A stretch of DNA of 49,799 bases from a virus (IMGVR_UViG_3300032103_000216:1-49799); one strand, 5' to 3'. Counted from the stretch's first letter, positions 39,301 to 47,777 are shown. A program made the numbers and translations. The notes: generated by a model from the sequence alone, not told the origin.

Positions 39301-41122
39301 GTACAATCTTCTTCCAAAGTTTATTAGCATTAATTTCTTTAGTAAAAACTGGATTATCTGAATCAACAGGATATTGTGTGGTATATGATTTATTGCCCAC
39401 TGCAGCTTCCATGAAGTCATCATGTATTCTAACAGATACGTTAGCACCAGTTACTTTACCTTGTGTCATTTTAGCATCAATGAATGATTCTGAATCAGGA
39501 TGTTTGATTGATATTGATTCCATCAATGCACCTCTACGACCATCTTGTGCCACTTCTCTTGTAGTGTTTGAAAAACGTTCCATGAAAGGAACAACACCTG
39601 TTGAAGTTAATGCTGAATTTTTTACTGGTGAACCTTGTGGTCTGATAAAAGATAAATCAACGCCAACACCTGCACGTCTTTTTTGTAATTGAGCAATTTC
39701 CTGATCTAGTTTAAAAATACCACCATATGAATCTGCATCTTGATCATTACCAATTACAAAACAGTTATGGCATATTATATCACCAGCAACAAATGAGTGA
39801 TCTTCCTCAACTTCCATATCAAAAACTTCAACATTTATTGGTGACTTGATAAATGTTATTTTATCTTCTTTAGTTGAGATTGTTGTACCTATTGTTCTAT
39901 TTTTTATTAATTTTCCTTTAGACAAAAAATTATATCTAACATTTTTACCAATACTTCTACACAATAATCCCAATTCATATGCCAATGTCTGATTTGCAAT
40001 TGCAAAATAATTATAATCATCATCAATGTCAGTATAATTAGTTCCATCACCAAATAAAAATCCATCAATAATTTCTCTTTTTAATTCATCATCAAGAGAA
40101 AAAATCCATTCTGGTAATCTTTTACAATCAAATCCATGTCCAAATAATTTGTTAATTAATTTAGCAAATTCAGGTTCAAAAATATTTATTTGGATGAAAT
40201 TAAAGTTATCCCATTTTTGAATCCATGACTTATGACCTAAAATTTCAATGAAGAAATTATCTAATCTATCTTTTACATGATCTTCTTCATCAACATTTAA
40301 GGTCAAATATAGTGATGGATGATTACTACCTATTTTTTTTATTGCACCTTCTGCTAAATATAATCCAATAAACCATGCAAAATCTTTATTTAAAAAAACA
40401 TGTTTTCCATTACCAATTGGAAATAAGTCAGGTGATTTAATATCACTAATCAATTTAGGCTGTTTTAACCTTTTATTTTGTTTGTTTAATAAATCTTTAA
40501 CTTCAATCCATTCATTATTTTCAGTATATACTTTATGTTCAGGAGTAACTGCTAAGTATTTACCCATTTCGTTTTCATTTCTTACATTAGGACGTTTATC
40601 TCCAAATGTTCTTGTTATTGTATATGTTTCTTTTATACCATTAAACCAATGTTTTAATACTTTTCTAAAACGATTATTATGTGTTAATACATGATAACCT
40701 GATTTTATATCTTTCATTTTAATTAATCCAAATTCTTTAGTATATACCAAAGATTCACCATGAACACAATTCGAAATCGAAATTGTTTGAAAATTATTTC
40801 CAATACCAGCCATTGGTGATCCTTGTGGAACAATCTTTTCAAAGTGTTTGATCTTATCATATATAAGTTCTGCTGATAATGGATTTTCGTATTTAGCTTC
40901 GATTCTTGCAAGTTCATTTGCTAATCTCCAGTGCATGTCATCAGGAGTTAACTCATAAAGATTTCCATCTGAATCTTTTAAACAGTATTTGTTTATCCAA
41001 ACTTCTGCTGCTAATGTATCTCCTTTAAAATAATCTAAGGTTGCTTTGTAAACCTCTTCTCTTGTGTAACGTTTTAAAATTGTTTTTTCTTGTTTTTTAG
41101 GTTCTTCTAATACGGCTTCCAT
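36350..41122 (-). CDS. nrdJ: class II (adenosylcobalamin-dependent) ribonucleotide reductase with two inteins
   Basis: PQGSP, SNC|FV, RRGALM, NP|CGE, RRTGLG, IAPTGS, HSISVTVN, KGITVYRDGSR and a C-terminal TSCPD/zinc ribbon. Likely start is MEAVLEE at 41122. Confidence 0.95.
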   Translation of the reverse strand: MEAVLEEPKKQEKTILKRYTREEVYKATLDYFKGDTLAAEVWINKYCLKDSDGNLYELTPDDMHWRLANELARIEAKYENPLSAELIYDKIKHFEKIVPQGSPMAGIGNNFQTISISNCVHGESLVYTKEFGLIKMKDIKSGYHVLTHNNRFRKVLKHWFNGIKETYTITRTFGDKRPNVRNENEMGKYLAVTPEHKVYTENNEWIEVKDLLNKQNKRLKQPKLISDIKSPDLFPIGNGKHVFLNKDFAWFIGLYLAEGAIKKIGSNHPSLYLTLNVDEEDHVKDRLDNFFIEILGHKSWIQKWDNFNFIQINIFEPEFAKLINKLFGHGFDCKRLPEWIFSLDDELKREIIDGFLFGDGTNYTDIDDDYNYFAIANQTLAYELGLLCRSIGKNVRYNFLSKGKLIKNRTIGTTISTKEDKITFIKSPINVEVFDMEVEEDHSFVAGDIICHNCFVIGNDQDADSYGGIFKLDQEIAQLQKRRAGVGVDLSFIRPQGSPVKNSALTSTGVVPFMERFSNTTREVAQDGRRGALMESISIKHPDSESFIDAKMTQGKVTGANVSVRIHDDFMEAAVGNKSYTTQYPVDSDNPVFTKEINANKLWKKIVHNAWKSAEPGILFWDTIIRESIPDCYADLGFKTISTNPCFPASEYLLTKNGYVKFGKLNDEGVENTILADNRISYVDDGIEKPENWKINMDESGVIERNASNVFLTKSDAEIIELTLNSGLKLKCTPDHHIATTDGMIEAKDITPEHQILISQPNVGDSIVGLTPTSLDEIMATLIGLITGDGTFTKKNGRVHIDLWGEDKERMYEFVTNMIDTLYQNFDEKVNEKNKLYSKYMRSDIVDADKIRITSKWLAIILDKYCNFNRETKHHVPEFILRNSRTSIGKYYVAALMYCDGSIQGTKRSGFSIRLAQSNKNLLEKIQLILHSNGVMTKIYKRRDSKMTSLPDGNGGNKMYRTKTQYELITINSSIVNYCKYFGFIGDNVKESKFDTTHDYRISDSLTDTINEIKVCENEPVYCLKEDIGRNIIVNGISTRRCGEITLCANDSCRLLAINLYGYVVNPFTKDAYFDWEAFKEDAIIAERLMDDIVDLELEKVVKILTKIENDPEVEHIKNAERQLWLNIKDKATRGRRTGLGVTAEGDMLAALGLKYGTDKANDFSEEVHKVLKLEAYRSSVIMAKERGAFPMYDFRREEKNPFIQRIENEDPELYKQMIKYGRRNLALLTIAPTGSVSIMTQTSSGIECVFLVYYTRRRKINPNDKNVRVDFVDELGDTWMEYPVFHHKFETWLVANGYDVENVKLHYTNEQINELVKLSPYYGATSNDVDWVKKVEMQGRVQRHVDHSISVTVNLPNEITEEMVGKVYETGWRSKCKGITVYRDGSRSGVLISETDKKKKEKENLFKDNHAPKRPKRLKGEIIRFQNNLEKWIAVVGLLDGRPYEIFTGKLENGLSELPTNITECEIVKNKYDDGTKRYDIEYVDVNGEKKVHTGLNHTFNPEFWNYAKLISSVLRHGMPMVYVLNLIQSLNLNDEHLNTWKNGVARVIKRYFQDGEKGNGKCPSCGSENLEYKEGCLTCVSCGNSKCG
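38000..39187 (-). mobile_element. intein 2 (396 aa, LAGLIDADG) at NP|CGE with atypical C-terminal Arg
   Basis: Starts CFPASEY, block B CTPDH, LIGLITGDG and ALMYCDG motifs, ends VYCL...IIVNGISTRR|CGEI. Confidence 0.85.
39764..40768 (-). mobile_element. intein 1 (335 aa, LAGLIDADG) at SN|CFV
   Basis: Starts CVHGES, VTPEH, FIGLYLAEG and GFLFGDG motifs, ends VFDMEV..DHSF...CHN|C. Confidence 0.92.
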
Positions 41123-41290
41123 TTTTAATTTTTTGTAGTTTTTTATAAAATAAATAGACTCTGACACTGACAGTATCAGAATGTTTTTTGGATTTTTTAC
41201 CAATGTTAGAAATAAATACAAGATGTGTCAACCAAACTTTTGAAAAAATAAATATTTATTTTTTCTGTTAAGTGTAACTATTGATTATCA

Positions 41291-41566
41291 CTACTTTACC
41301 CAAAAATTTTTTGATTTAGTAGAGGTAGATTGTTTAAAGTATTCTCTTTTTTTAGGTTCTTTTGGAAATTTAATTCCTGTTTTTATTTTTTCATTAAAAA
41401 GTAAATTGCTTCCTAAGTGGGTATCATACTCAAACCAAGTACTACCTGAATAGTAACTTGTTTCTTCAATTAATTTTTCTTCAGATGAAGCAGTTGATAA
41501 TAATTTATCCTGTGCTTTGTTATTATAAAGCAAATAATATTTAGATGGTTTGATTTCTTCAGACAT
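41291..41566 (-). CDS. hypothetical protein
   Basis: 91-aa ATG ORF ending in TAG. Confidence 0.7.
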   Translation of the reverse strand: MSEEIKPSKYYLLYNNKAQDKLLSTASSEEKLIEETSYYSGSTWFEYDTHLGSNLLFNEKIKTGIKFPKEPKKREYFKQSTSTKSKNFWVK

Positions 41567-41688
41567 AAATTCAAAATAATTAATAACAAATTTGTTATTA
41601 ATTATTTTGAATTTGTCAATATGGGGGGTATACTATAGAGCTTTCTCAATCTAACATACGGATTGTACATGTTACTATTTTCCCTGAG

Positions 41689-41778
41689 TGCATCGGGTGG
41701 GATTCAAACCCACGTTATGTATTGCTACCTTTATAGATTAAAAGTCTATTACCTCAGTCTCCACTCGGTCACCGATGC
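41689..41778 (-). tRNA. tRNA-Lys(TTT) with long variable arm
   Basis: ATAGA-CTTTTAA-TCTAT, extended variable region. Confidence 0.75.
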
Positions 41779-41883
41779 GTTTTTTATCAACACATCAGTG
41801 CCATTTCACATGGATGATGTGTTGATTAAGGTTTTCGTTTTAATTTTAAAGTGTTCATAAAATTTTCTTTCTAAATAATTATG

Positions 41884-41967
41884 TTGGAGTGGAGGGACTC
41901 GAACCCCCGAAGGTCAAACGACCACTTGATTTACAGTCAAGCGCAATTGCCACTATGCGACACTCCA
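41884..41967 (-). tRNA. tRNA-Tyr(GTA)
   Basis: Loop CTGTAAA, long arm. Confidence 0.9.
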
Positions 41968-41976
41968 ATATGTTTG

Positions 41977-42050
41977 TGGGAGATAAAGGACTCGAACCTC
42001 TATTAGCGGTGTTACAGACCGAGTGCTTACCAATTAGCAATGAATCTCCC
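41977..42050 (-). tRNA. tRNA-Tyr(GTA), short variable loop
   Basis: Loop CTGTAAC, atypical D arm. Confidence 0.72.
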
Positions 42051-42052
42051 GT

Positions 42053-42090
42053 AAAATAAAAAACCCTGACCTTTGTGAAGATCAGGGTTT
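42053..42090 (-). terminator. attenuator terminator of tRNA operon 3
   Basis: AAACCCTGATCTT-CACA-AAGGTCAGGGTTT followed by TTTATTTT. Confidence 0.88.
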
Positions 42091-42111
42091 ACTACTGTTG
42101 CTTTCTTACTG

Positions 42112-42180
42112 TTAAGACATAGTATTACCGATCTTCACTTCTGAAGACTTTTTATAATAATATTTCTTTACAGTTTTCAT
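42112..42180 (-). CDS. tRNA-operon leader peptide 3 (MKTVKKYYYKKSSEVKIGNTMS)
   Basis: KKYYYKK followed by antiterminator GTGAAGATC, upstream of Tyr, Tyr and Lys tRNAs. Confidence 0.85.
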   Translation of the reverse strand: MKTVKKYYYKKSSEVKIGNTMS

Positions 42181-42203
42181 TTCTTTAAATATCAATTTTT
42201 TTA

Positions 42204-42243
42204 CAAATGTACAACTAAATACGTTAATGTCAAGTAAAAAGTT
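42204..42243 (-). promoter_or_regulatory. composite tRNA-operon promoter
   Basis: AAC...CTTGAC-N4-ACGTATTTA...TACATTTG. Confidence 0.8.
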
Positions 42244-42257
42244 ATATTTTTTTCTAA

Positions 42258-42760
42258 TTATTTTTCAGCATCTTTTTCCATTTTGTTCAAACGATCATAA
42301 TAATCTGGTATTTCAGTTAAATGATCCATTGCAATTTCTTCAGCCATCTTTTCATCATTTGTATGCTCTAATTCTATCTTCTTACCCTTCTCTATTTGCT
42401 GTTTAATTGACTCCATAGACACGTTATGTTTTTTGGCTATATCTCTTCTACGGTTAATTTATCAGCCTTACCACCAGCCACTAAATCTTGTTTATCGTCA
42501 ATATTATCACCCTTTTCTCTTTTAAGATAACCAAGAATAGCGTCCATATTATGATATGAGACACTTAATTTATCTTGAACCCAAGCATCAAGATTATCAG
42601 AATCTTTCATCATACCCTCAATTTGGGTAGCCATTTCGATTATATCCTTCAACTTAGGTTTGAAATATGTTCCATCATTTTCATGATAGTTATTTTCCTT
42701 AAAATCAGGATTAAGTTTTTCCATCATTTCGAATAGTCTTTGTTTACCTTGCTTTTTCAT
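42258..42760 (-). CDS. putative virion protein with C-terminal DUF5661-like domain (frameshift near 42440)
   Basis: GGKADKLT.EEI continues in another frame as AKKH...GKKIELEHT...EIAMDHL.E.PDYY.RL. Confidence 0.6.
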
Positions 42761-42783
42761 GGTATAAAATATCAATTTCTAAC

Positions 42784-42812
42784 TATAAATACCATAAAAA
42801 CTTGTATTTATA
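42784..42812. promoter_or_regulatory. back-to-back TATTTATA putative late promoters
   Basis: TATAAATA 42784-42791 (minus) and TATTTATA 42805-42812 (plus) between divergent genes. Confidence 0.5.
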
Positions 42813-42829
42813 TAAAAAACTATAATTCT

Positions 42830-44029
42830 ATGGCAAAATTAACAAAGCAACAATTCGCTAACTGGTTAGGATATGATGTAAATAAGGTTTTTGAAACTAT
42901 TGAATTGGTTAAATTAGCTGATCCTGATGGAATTTGGGCACATGCTCAAGATATGGGTGATGAAGATATGGAGAATATAGTGGAAGCAATCTATTTCGAA
43001 TATGGATCATTAAAAGAGGCTATTGAAGCATGTAAAGATGCTCTTGGAATTAGCGAAATGAATGAGGCTGATGGTAATATGCAAGATCAATTAACGTTTA
43101 ATGAATTACCACAAAAGGTAAAAGATAATTTTTTCAGAAATGTTACTATTAGTGTTGCTTTTGTAAAAAAGGATGGAACTGTTAGACATATGGCTTTTAG
43201 AAGAAATCTAAAATCTTATGTGAGAAGTGATGCTCCAAAAACAGATGCCCAAATAAATGTTTTAAAAAACAATAATCTTTTGAATGTATACGATACTAAT
43301 GTTTTTATTCAAAAGAAAAGAGAACTTGGTAGTGATGATTTAGCAGCAAAACAAAGCTATAAAAATATTAGTCTTGGTAACGTATTAGCTTTTTTAACTG
43401 GTGGTGAATTATTTGATATGAGAGAAAGAAACCAGATAAAAGAAAGATTTGGTGAAGATATATATCGTTCTTTAACTAAAGGTATGGAAGCAGCAATGAG
43501 AAGTGATGAACAAACATCTGAAGCAGGTATGCAACAAAATGAATCATTGTTACCCGAAGGAGAAAAACAAAAAATTAAAGAAACAATTCTTAGAATTAAA
43601 GGACTTAGCAAGCAGATGGATGATTTTTCAGATATGATGGATGTTATCGATAGCAATCCACAATACTTAGCTAAGTATAAAAAAATAATAACACAAGCAT
43701 TAAAAGATGTAATGTTTGGTGGTAAATTAACCGCATACAAAATGATGTTGCGGGAAGTATTCTTTAGTAATTCACAATTTATAATTGAAGTTTTAAAACA
43801 TAGAGGTTCATTAGCTAATGCACCAATGATTGAGGGAATGTTAGATAGAGTTGGAAGTGCTATGTCAACATTATTGCTTAAGGGTAGTATTGATGAGACG
43901 ATAGAATCTCCAACATCAATGTATAAATATATCGATGATCCTGCAGTAAAAGAGGAACTAAAGAGAATGTCAGTTGAAAGAGGTAAGAATAAGTTAATGG
44001 GAATGATTGATGCCTCAAAATTAAAGTAA
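42830..44029 (+). CDS. hypothetical protein with SH3/WYL-like F.KKDG.VR domain
   Basis: Likely start MAKLTK at 42830. VAFVKKDGTVRHM motif. Confidence 0.7.
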   Translation: MAKLTKQQFANWLGYDVNKVFETIELVKLADPDGIWAHAQDMGDEDMENIVEAIYFEYGSLKEAIEACKDALGISEMNEADGNMQDQLTFNELPQKVKDNFFRNVTISVAFVKKDGTVRHMAFRRNLKSYVRSDAPKTDAQINVLKNNNLLNVYDTNVFIQKKRELGSDDLAAKQSYKNISLGNVLAFLTGGELFDMRERNQIKERFGEDIYRSLTKGMEAAMRSDEQTSEAGMQQNESLLPEGEKQKIKETILRIKGLSKQMDDFSDMMDVIDSNPQYLAKYKKIITQALKDVMFGGKLTAYKMMLREVFFSNSQFIIEVLKHRGSLANAPMIEGMLDRVGSAMSTLLLKGSIDETIESPTSMYKYIDDPAVKEELKRMSVERGKNKLMGMIDASKLK

Positions 44030-44030
44030 T

Positions 44031-45506
44031 ATGGCAGTTATAAGAAAACCAAATAGTCTAAGAAATATTATTACGAATATTATTAAGGAAGAATATTCAA
44101 ATATGGTATTAAATGAAATCACCTCTAAAGAAGCTAAAGAAAAATTCTATAAGGACATAGATGACAAACTTTACGGTACTATTATAAGTTTAGACCCAAC
44201 ATATAATGCTCAAAAAGATATTATGGGTAATTATACCAAATGGTTATTAAGACCTGATAATCTTGCTAAATTAAAAACTACTAAAGAAGAAGATTTTTAT
44301 AAGATAAAAGATGATTTAACCAAATTTCATAAATTAAAAACATCAAATAAATTACCACTAGAATTAAGAGACATTAATAAATTTAATCTTGATAAGCTAC
44401 TTGAGTATATATTCAATAATTATTCAGATGAAATCAGTGCATCTAAAACACAAGAAATAAAGAGTGTAAAAGGTGAAGCTGAAAAATATGATTTTCCTAA
44501 ATGGACAGTTATAGTACCTAAAACTGAAGAAGCATCATGCTATTATGGTAAAGGAACTAGATGGTGTACTGCTGCAACTCAAGGAAAAAATTATTTTGAT
44601 TTATATAAGAGTAGAGGCAATTTATGGATTTTAATTAATAAAGATGATCCCAATGAAAAATATCAATTACATTTTGAAGATGGTCAATTTATGGATGTAA
44701 TGGATAGAGATTATTCTTTATTAGAGATATTAAAGACTGATAGTAAATTATATGATTTTTTTACAGAAAAACACCCAATGCAAATATTGGAGTTTGCTAT
44801 AAAAAATGCTGACTCAAATTTATTTTCTGATGTTTTTAGTAGAGGTAAATTTAGTAAAGATCAGAAACATGATTTAGTTATAGATATATTAGAAAGTATT
44901 AGTGACTGTAATTATAATACATCTGACTACACAGATATGCTAGATCATATAGGAAATTTAAGCACTTATGAAATAGAAAAAGATAAGTATAGTAGTTATG
45001 CATACTCGATTCAATGTATGATGAAAACTAATTATAATGATGATGAATATGTTGTTTCGGAAGTTAGTTGGTTTATAAGAATGTTTGGTGGACTTAATGA
45101 TCTTGATGATATGGATACATTTTTTAATATAGCATATAATGATAATCCAGAATTATTTTTAATTATCATTAATGAGTTATATGCTAATGAGCTTTTTAGA
45201 AAATATGTTGCATATAATGATCTAAACGATAAAGTGAAATTAAACTTAGAGATAATGGAAGTTATATCAGATTTAAAAGAAAAATTTGAAACCTATCCAG
45301 TAATAGAAAATAAAATTGCAAGAATACATATCAAAGATATTGACTTTGAAAACAATAAATTTAATATCGAGATAGGATTAAAAAATGGAAAAGGTAAAAT
45401 AGTAAAAACTCAAAAAGAAAAAATACACTATAAAAATATTTATAATTACATTAATAATTATAAATTAATGATGGATGGTAAAAATATAACCAAACCATTA
45501 GTCTAA
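44031..45506 (+). CDS. hypothetical (putative virion) protein with YG..T.WCTA motif
   Basis: 491 aa with ASCYYGKGTRWCTAA...KYQLHF and an IIKEE...LNE leader. Confidence 0.75.
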   Translation: MAVIRKPNSLRNIITNIIKEEYSNMVLNEITSKEAKEKFYKDIDDKLYGTIISLDPTYNAQKDIMGNYTKWLLRPDNLAKLKTTKEEDFYKIKDDLTKFHKLKTSNKLPLELRDINKFNLDKLLEYIFNNYSDEISASKTQEIKSVKGEAEKYDFPKWTVIVPKTEEASCYYGKGTRWCTAATQGKNYFDLYKSRGNLWILINKDDPNEKYQLHFEDGQFMDVMDRDYSLLEILKTDSKLYDFFTEKHPMQILEFAIKNADSNLFSDVFSRGKFSKDQKHDLVIDILESISDCNYNTSDYTDMLDHIGNLSTYEIEKDKYSSYAYSIQCMMKTNYNDDEYVVSEVSWFIRMFGGLNDLDDMDTFFNIAYNDNPELFLIIINELYANELFRKYVAYNDLNDKVKLNLEIMEVISDLKEKFETYPVIENKIARIHIKDIDFENNKFNIEIGLKNGKGKIVKTQKEKIHYKNIYNYINNYKLMMDGKNITKPLV

Positions 45507-46136
45507 TTTTAATTTATTAGGCTTCCAAGTTTTTGTCCAATGTTCATTTGTTGATACATGTTTTGGTCTTACTGCTTTTGCATAATACATTTGAAAATCA
45601 TCATAATGAAATTGCATTGCAACTCGACAAACAATACCTTCAGATTTACTAAAATCTAATCCGTAATAAACCTCTTCAAGTTTTTTATAATCAAAAATAC
45701 CGTCATAAAGAACTGGTACATGTTTTAATCCCCATTCTTTACAATAGTGAACTGTAGTATCCCAACCAAGACAATAATTATTCTCGTCCCAAATATTGAA
45801 TACGTAAAAGTATGATTCTAAATTCTCATATCTTATTGAATGTTCAGCAAACATATTTTCACCGCACACTCTCCAGCCTTCAGGGATTAAATAATCAAAG
45901 TTGGCTTTAAATCCTTTAAGCCAATTTCTGGATGGATGACCATCATCAGTTACTGAACGAGGATGATAGTATCCTTTATAGATAGACGCATTTTCTCCAT
46001 CCAACTTCTCAGTTGCTATTACTCTCTTCCCTTCAAAGCCTTTTAGTGTTTCAAGTTTTCTATCATCGTTTTGTAGTGATTCAGAAAACTCAAAATGAAA
46101 AGTCTTAGGATATTTTATTGCGTCAAGATAGTTTAT
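45498..46136 (-). CDS. ATP-dependent RNA ligase family protein
   Basis: KYPKT.H, motif I TEKLDGEN, CGEN, F.VF.IW, HVPVL, EGIV.R, AK.VR..H. The frame extends upstream of the called 46004 start to an ATA at 46136. Confidence 0.85.
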   Translation of the reverse strand: MNYLDAIKYPKTFHFEFSESLQNDDRKLETLKGFEGKRVIATEKLDGENASIYKGYYHPRSVTDDGHPSRNWLKGFKANFDYLIPEGWRVCGENMFAEHSIRYENLESYFYVFNIWDENNYCLGWDTTVHYCKEWGLKHVPVLYDGIFDYKKLEEVYYGLDFSKSEGIVCRVAMQFHYDDFQMYYAKAVRPKHVSTNEHWTKTWKPNKLKLD

Positions 46137-46465
46137 AATTCCTTAAAATACGTATATGAAATAATCAATGCTAAATAATGTAAAAACTGATCAAGTCTTA
46201 TTACTGAAAAAAATGATGGAAATCCATAAAATTTGTTTCCTTTATATAGTTTACTTGTCCATCTACTTGTACAATAATCAGTAATCCAGTGCAATACACC
46301 ATTTAATAATATCCAATAAATCATCAAAACCCATCCATATAATCCAACATTAAACCAAAGAAGTAAACCTATTGGTATAATACCAATTGAATAATAAAAA
46401 ACATGTTATGATAACCAATAATTAGATGTACTTTTATTGGTTGCCATATCTTTTGTTTGAAGTAG
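46133..46465 (-). pseudogene. DUF3307-like membrane protein, disrupted
   Basis: LQTKDMATNKS, HWITDY, DQFLH. The 5' part is out of frame or truncated. Confidence 0.5.
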
Positions 46466-46588
46466 GTGTTTCAGATATTAAATCAAATTCACGTAAAGTT
46501 AAAGTAGGATTCGGAAGTGAAGAATTTGTATATTCACCATCCGAGTCCTTTGTTGTATACTGCACTAATTCGTATCTATAGAATTTCA

Positions 46589-47501
46589 TTAGTAATTTCC
46601 TTCAATAACTTGAAAACATTTCAATCCAAGTTCTCTCCACATTGACACAACTTGATTTCTGTCATCATAAACACCAAGTACATTAAATTTGCCATTGATA
46701 TGCTCATCAAAAATTCTTTTCTTAATGACAGTATCTTTATCTAAATTATCTGCAGGTCTTATGTATAAATAATTAAAATGAATACCGTTTTCTGTAAGCC
46801 ACATCTTTGTTAATTCTTCACATGAACCATCACGTCCAGTTACAATGATAATTTTATATCCTGATGCTTTGTGGATTCTAAGAGTTTCACGAACCTTTTC
46901 ATCAACCACATCAACATCAACATTATCCCAATCAAAATGTCCTCTCTTACCATTAACATGTGCCAATGTTCCATCAATATCAAACACAATAGTATTTGGT
47001 AGATTGTTATCTGGCTTCCAGTCAATGTTTTGATACCATTCTTGGTTTCTTTCTTCTGTATGAGAAATTAAAGTTTGAATCATATAGATTCAAATAGTTC
47101 TCATACATTTTCTTGATCACTTCTTCGCCAACCATAGCAGCACCTCTTTTGCTATCTCTTTCAATAGCTAAATCCACTGGAACATCAAATATTTTAAATT
47201 CAACGTCAGCCAATGTTTGGCAAAAATCAACCATTTCTGCCAGATATTTGATATTCACGTTTGTTTGATCAACAATAACATTGAACTTAAAATTAATGGC
47301 AGTAGATATTGCATTCTCAACCAATTGAGTTACTAATCTTTCACCCTTTGGGTCAAGCATTTGCGATTGTGCAAGCATTAAGCGATAATCATCACGGCAA
47401 ACACGAACATAGTCAGTATTCCTACGGACAAATTCTTTTGACCATGTTGATTTACCAGATGCAGGTATTCCTATTGCCAATGTTATTTTAAGTGTTTTCA
47501 T
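46589..47501 (-). CDS. pseT: polynucleotide 5'-kinase / 3'-phosphatase (T4 PseT-like), split by a frameshift near 47035
   Basis: GIPASGKST, RD.YR, DQTN kinase domain, then FDIDGTLA, TGR, DDR..VV.MWR HAD phosphatase. Confidence 0.85.
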
Positions 47502-47511
47502 AATTATATCT

Positions 47512-47537
47512 TATACGAAAAACTAACCATTTTGGTT
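47512..47537 (-). promoter_or_regulatory. putative ECF-sigma promoter AAC-N17-CGTATA
   Basis: Exact spacing, 10 nt upstream of the PNK start. Confidence 0.6.
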
Positions 47538-47544
47538 AAAATAT

Positions 47545-47777
47545 TTTTTAATAGCCCCTTTAGGTTATATCCTTCAACATAAATCAAGTCTTTATTTTTT
47601 TGGTATTGGATAATATTAGTAAAAGATCGGTTTCCCTTTCTATTCCTACCAATTTTAAACTTGAAATTAACTTCATGCTGTCTTATTGCTGATTGTGATA
47701 ATCCAACAATTTCGCTTACCTCATTTATTGTGTAATAAAGTTTCTCCGATGTTGTCTGAGTTTTTAACTGTATTCAT
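47545..47777 (-). pseudogene. MerR-like HTH protein, frameshifted
   Basis: KLYYTINEVSEIVGLSQSAIR...RNRKGNR.FT. Confidence 0.45.

Noticed and set aside
28651-41860. ORFs 28651-28872, 28778-29032, 32292-32525, 32419-32619, 33746-33988 and 41663-41860
   Set aside because: They overlap tRNA genes and are spurious translations.
37468-43740. Small ORFs inside nrdJ and inside the 42830-44029 gene
   Set aside because: Antisense or alternate-frame shadows of long conserved CDSs.
27205-47040. Programmed ribosomal frameshifts in split genes (27.2 kb, 27.65 kb, PNK)
   Set aside because: No stimulatory structure seen and indels are widespread, so sequencing error is more parsimonious.
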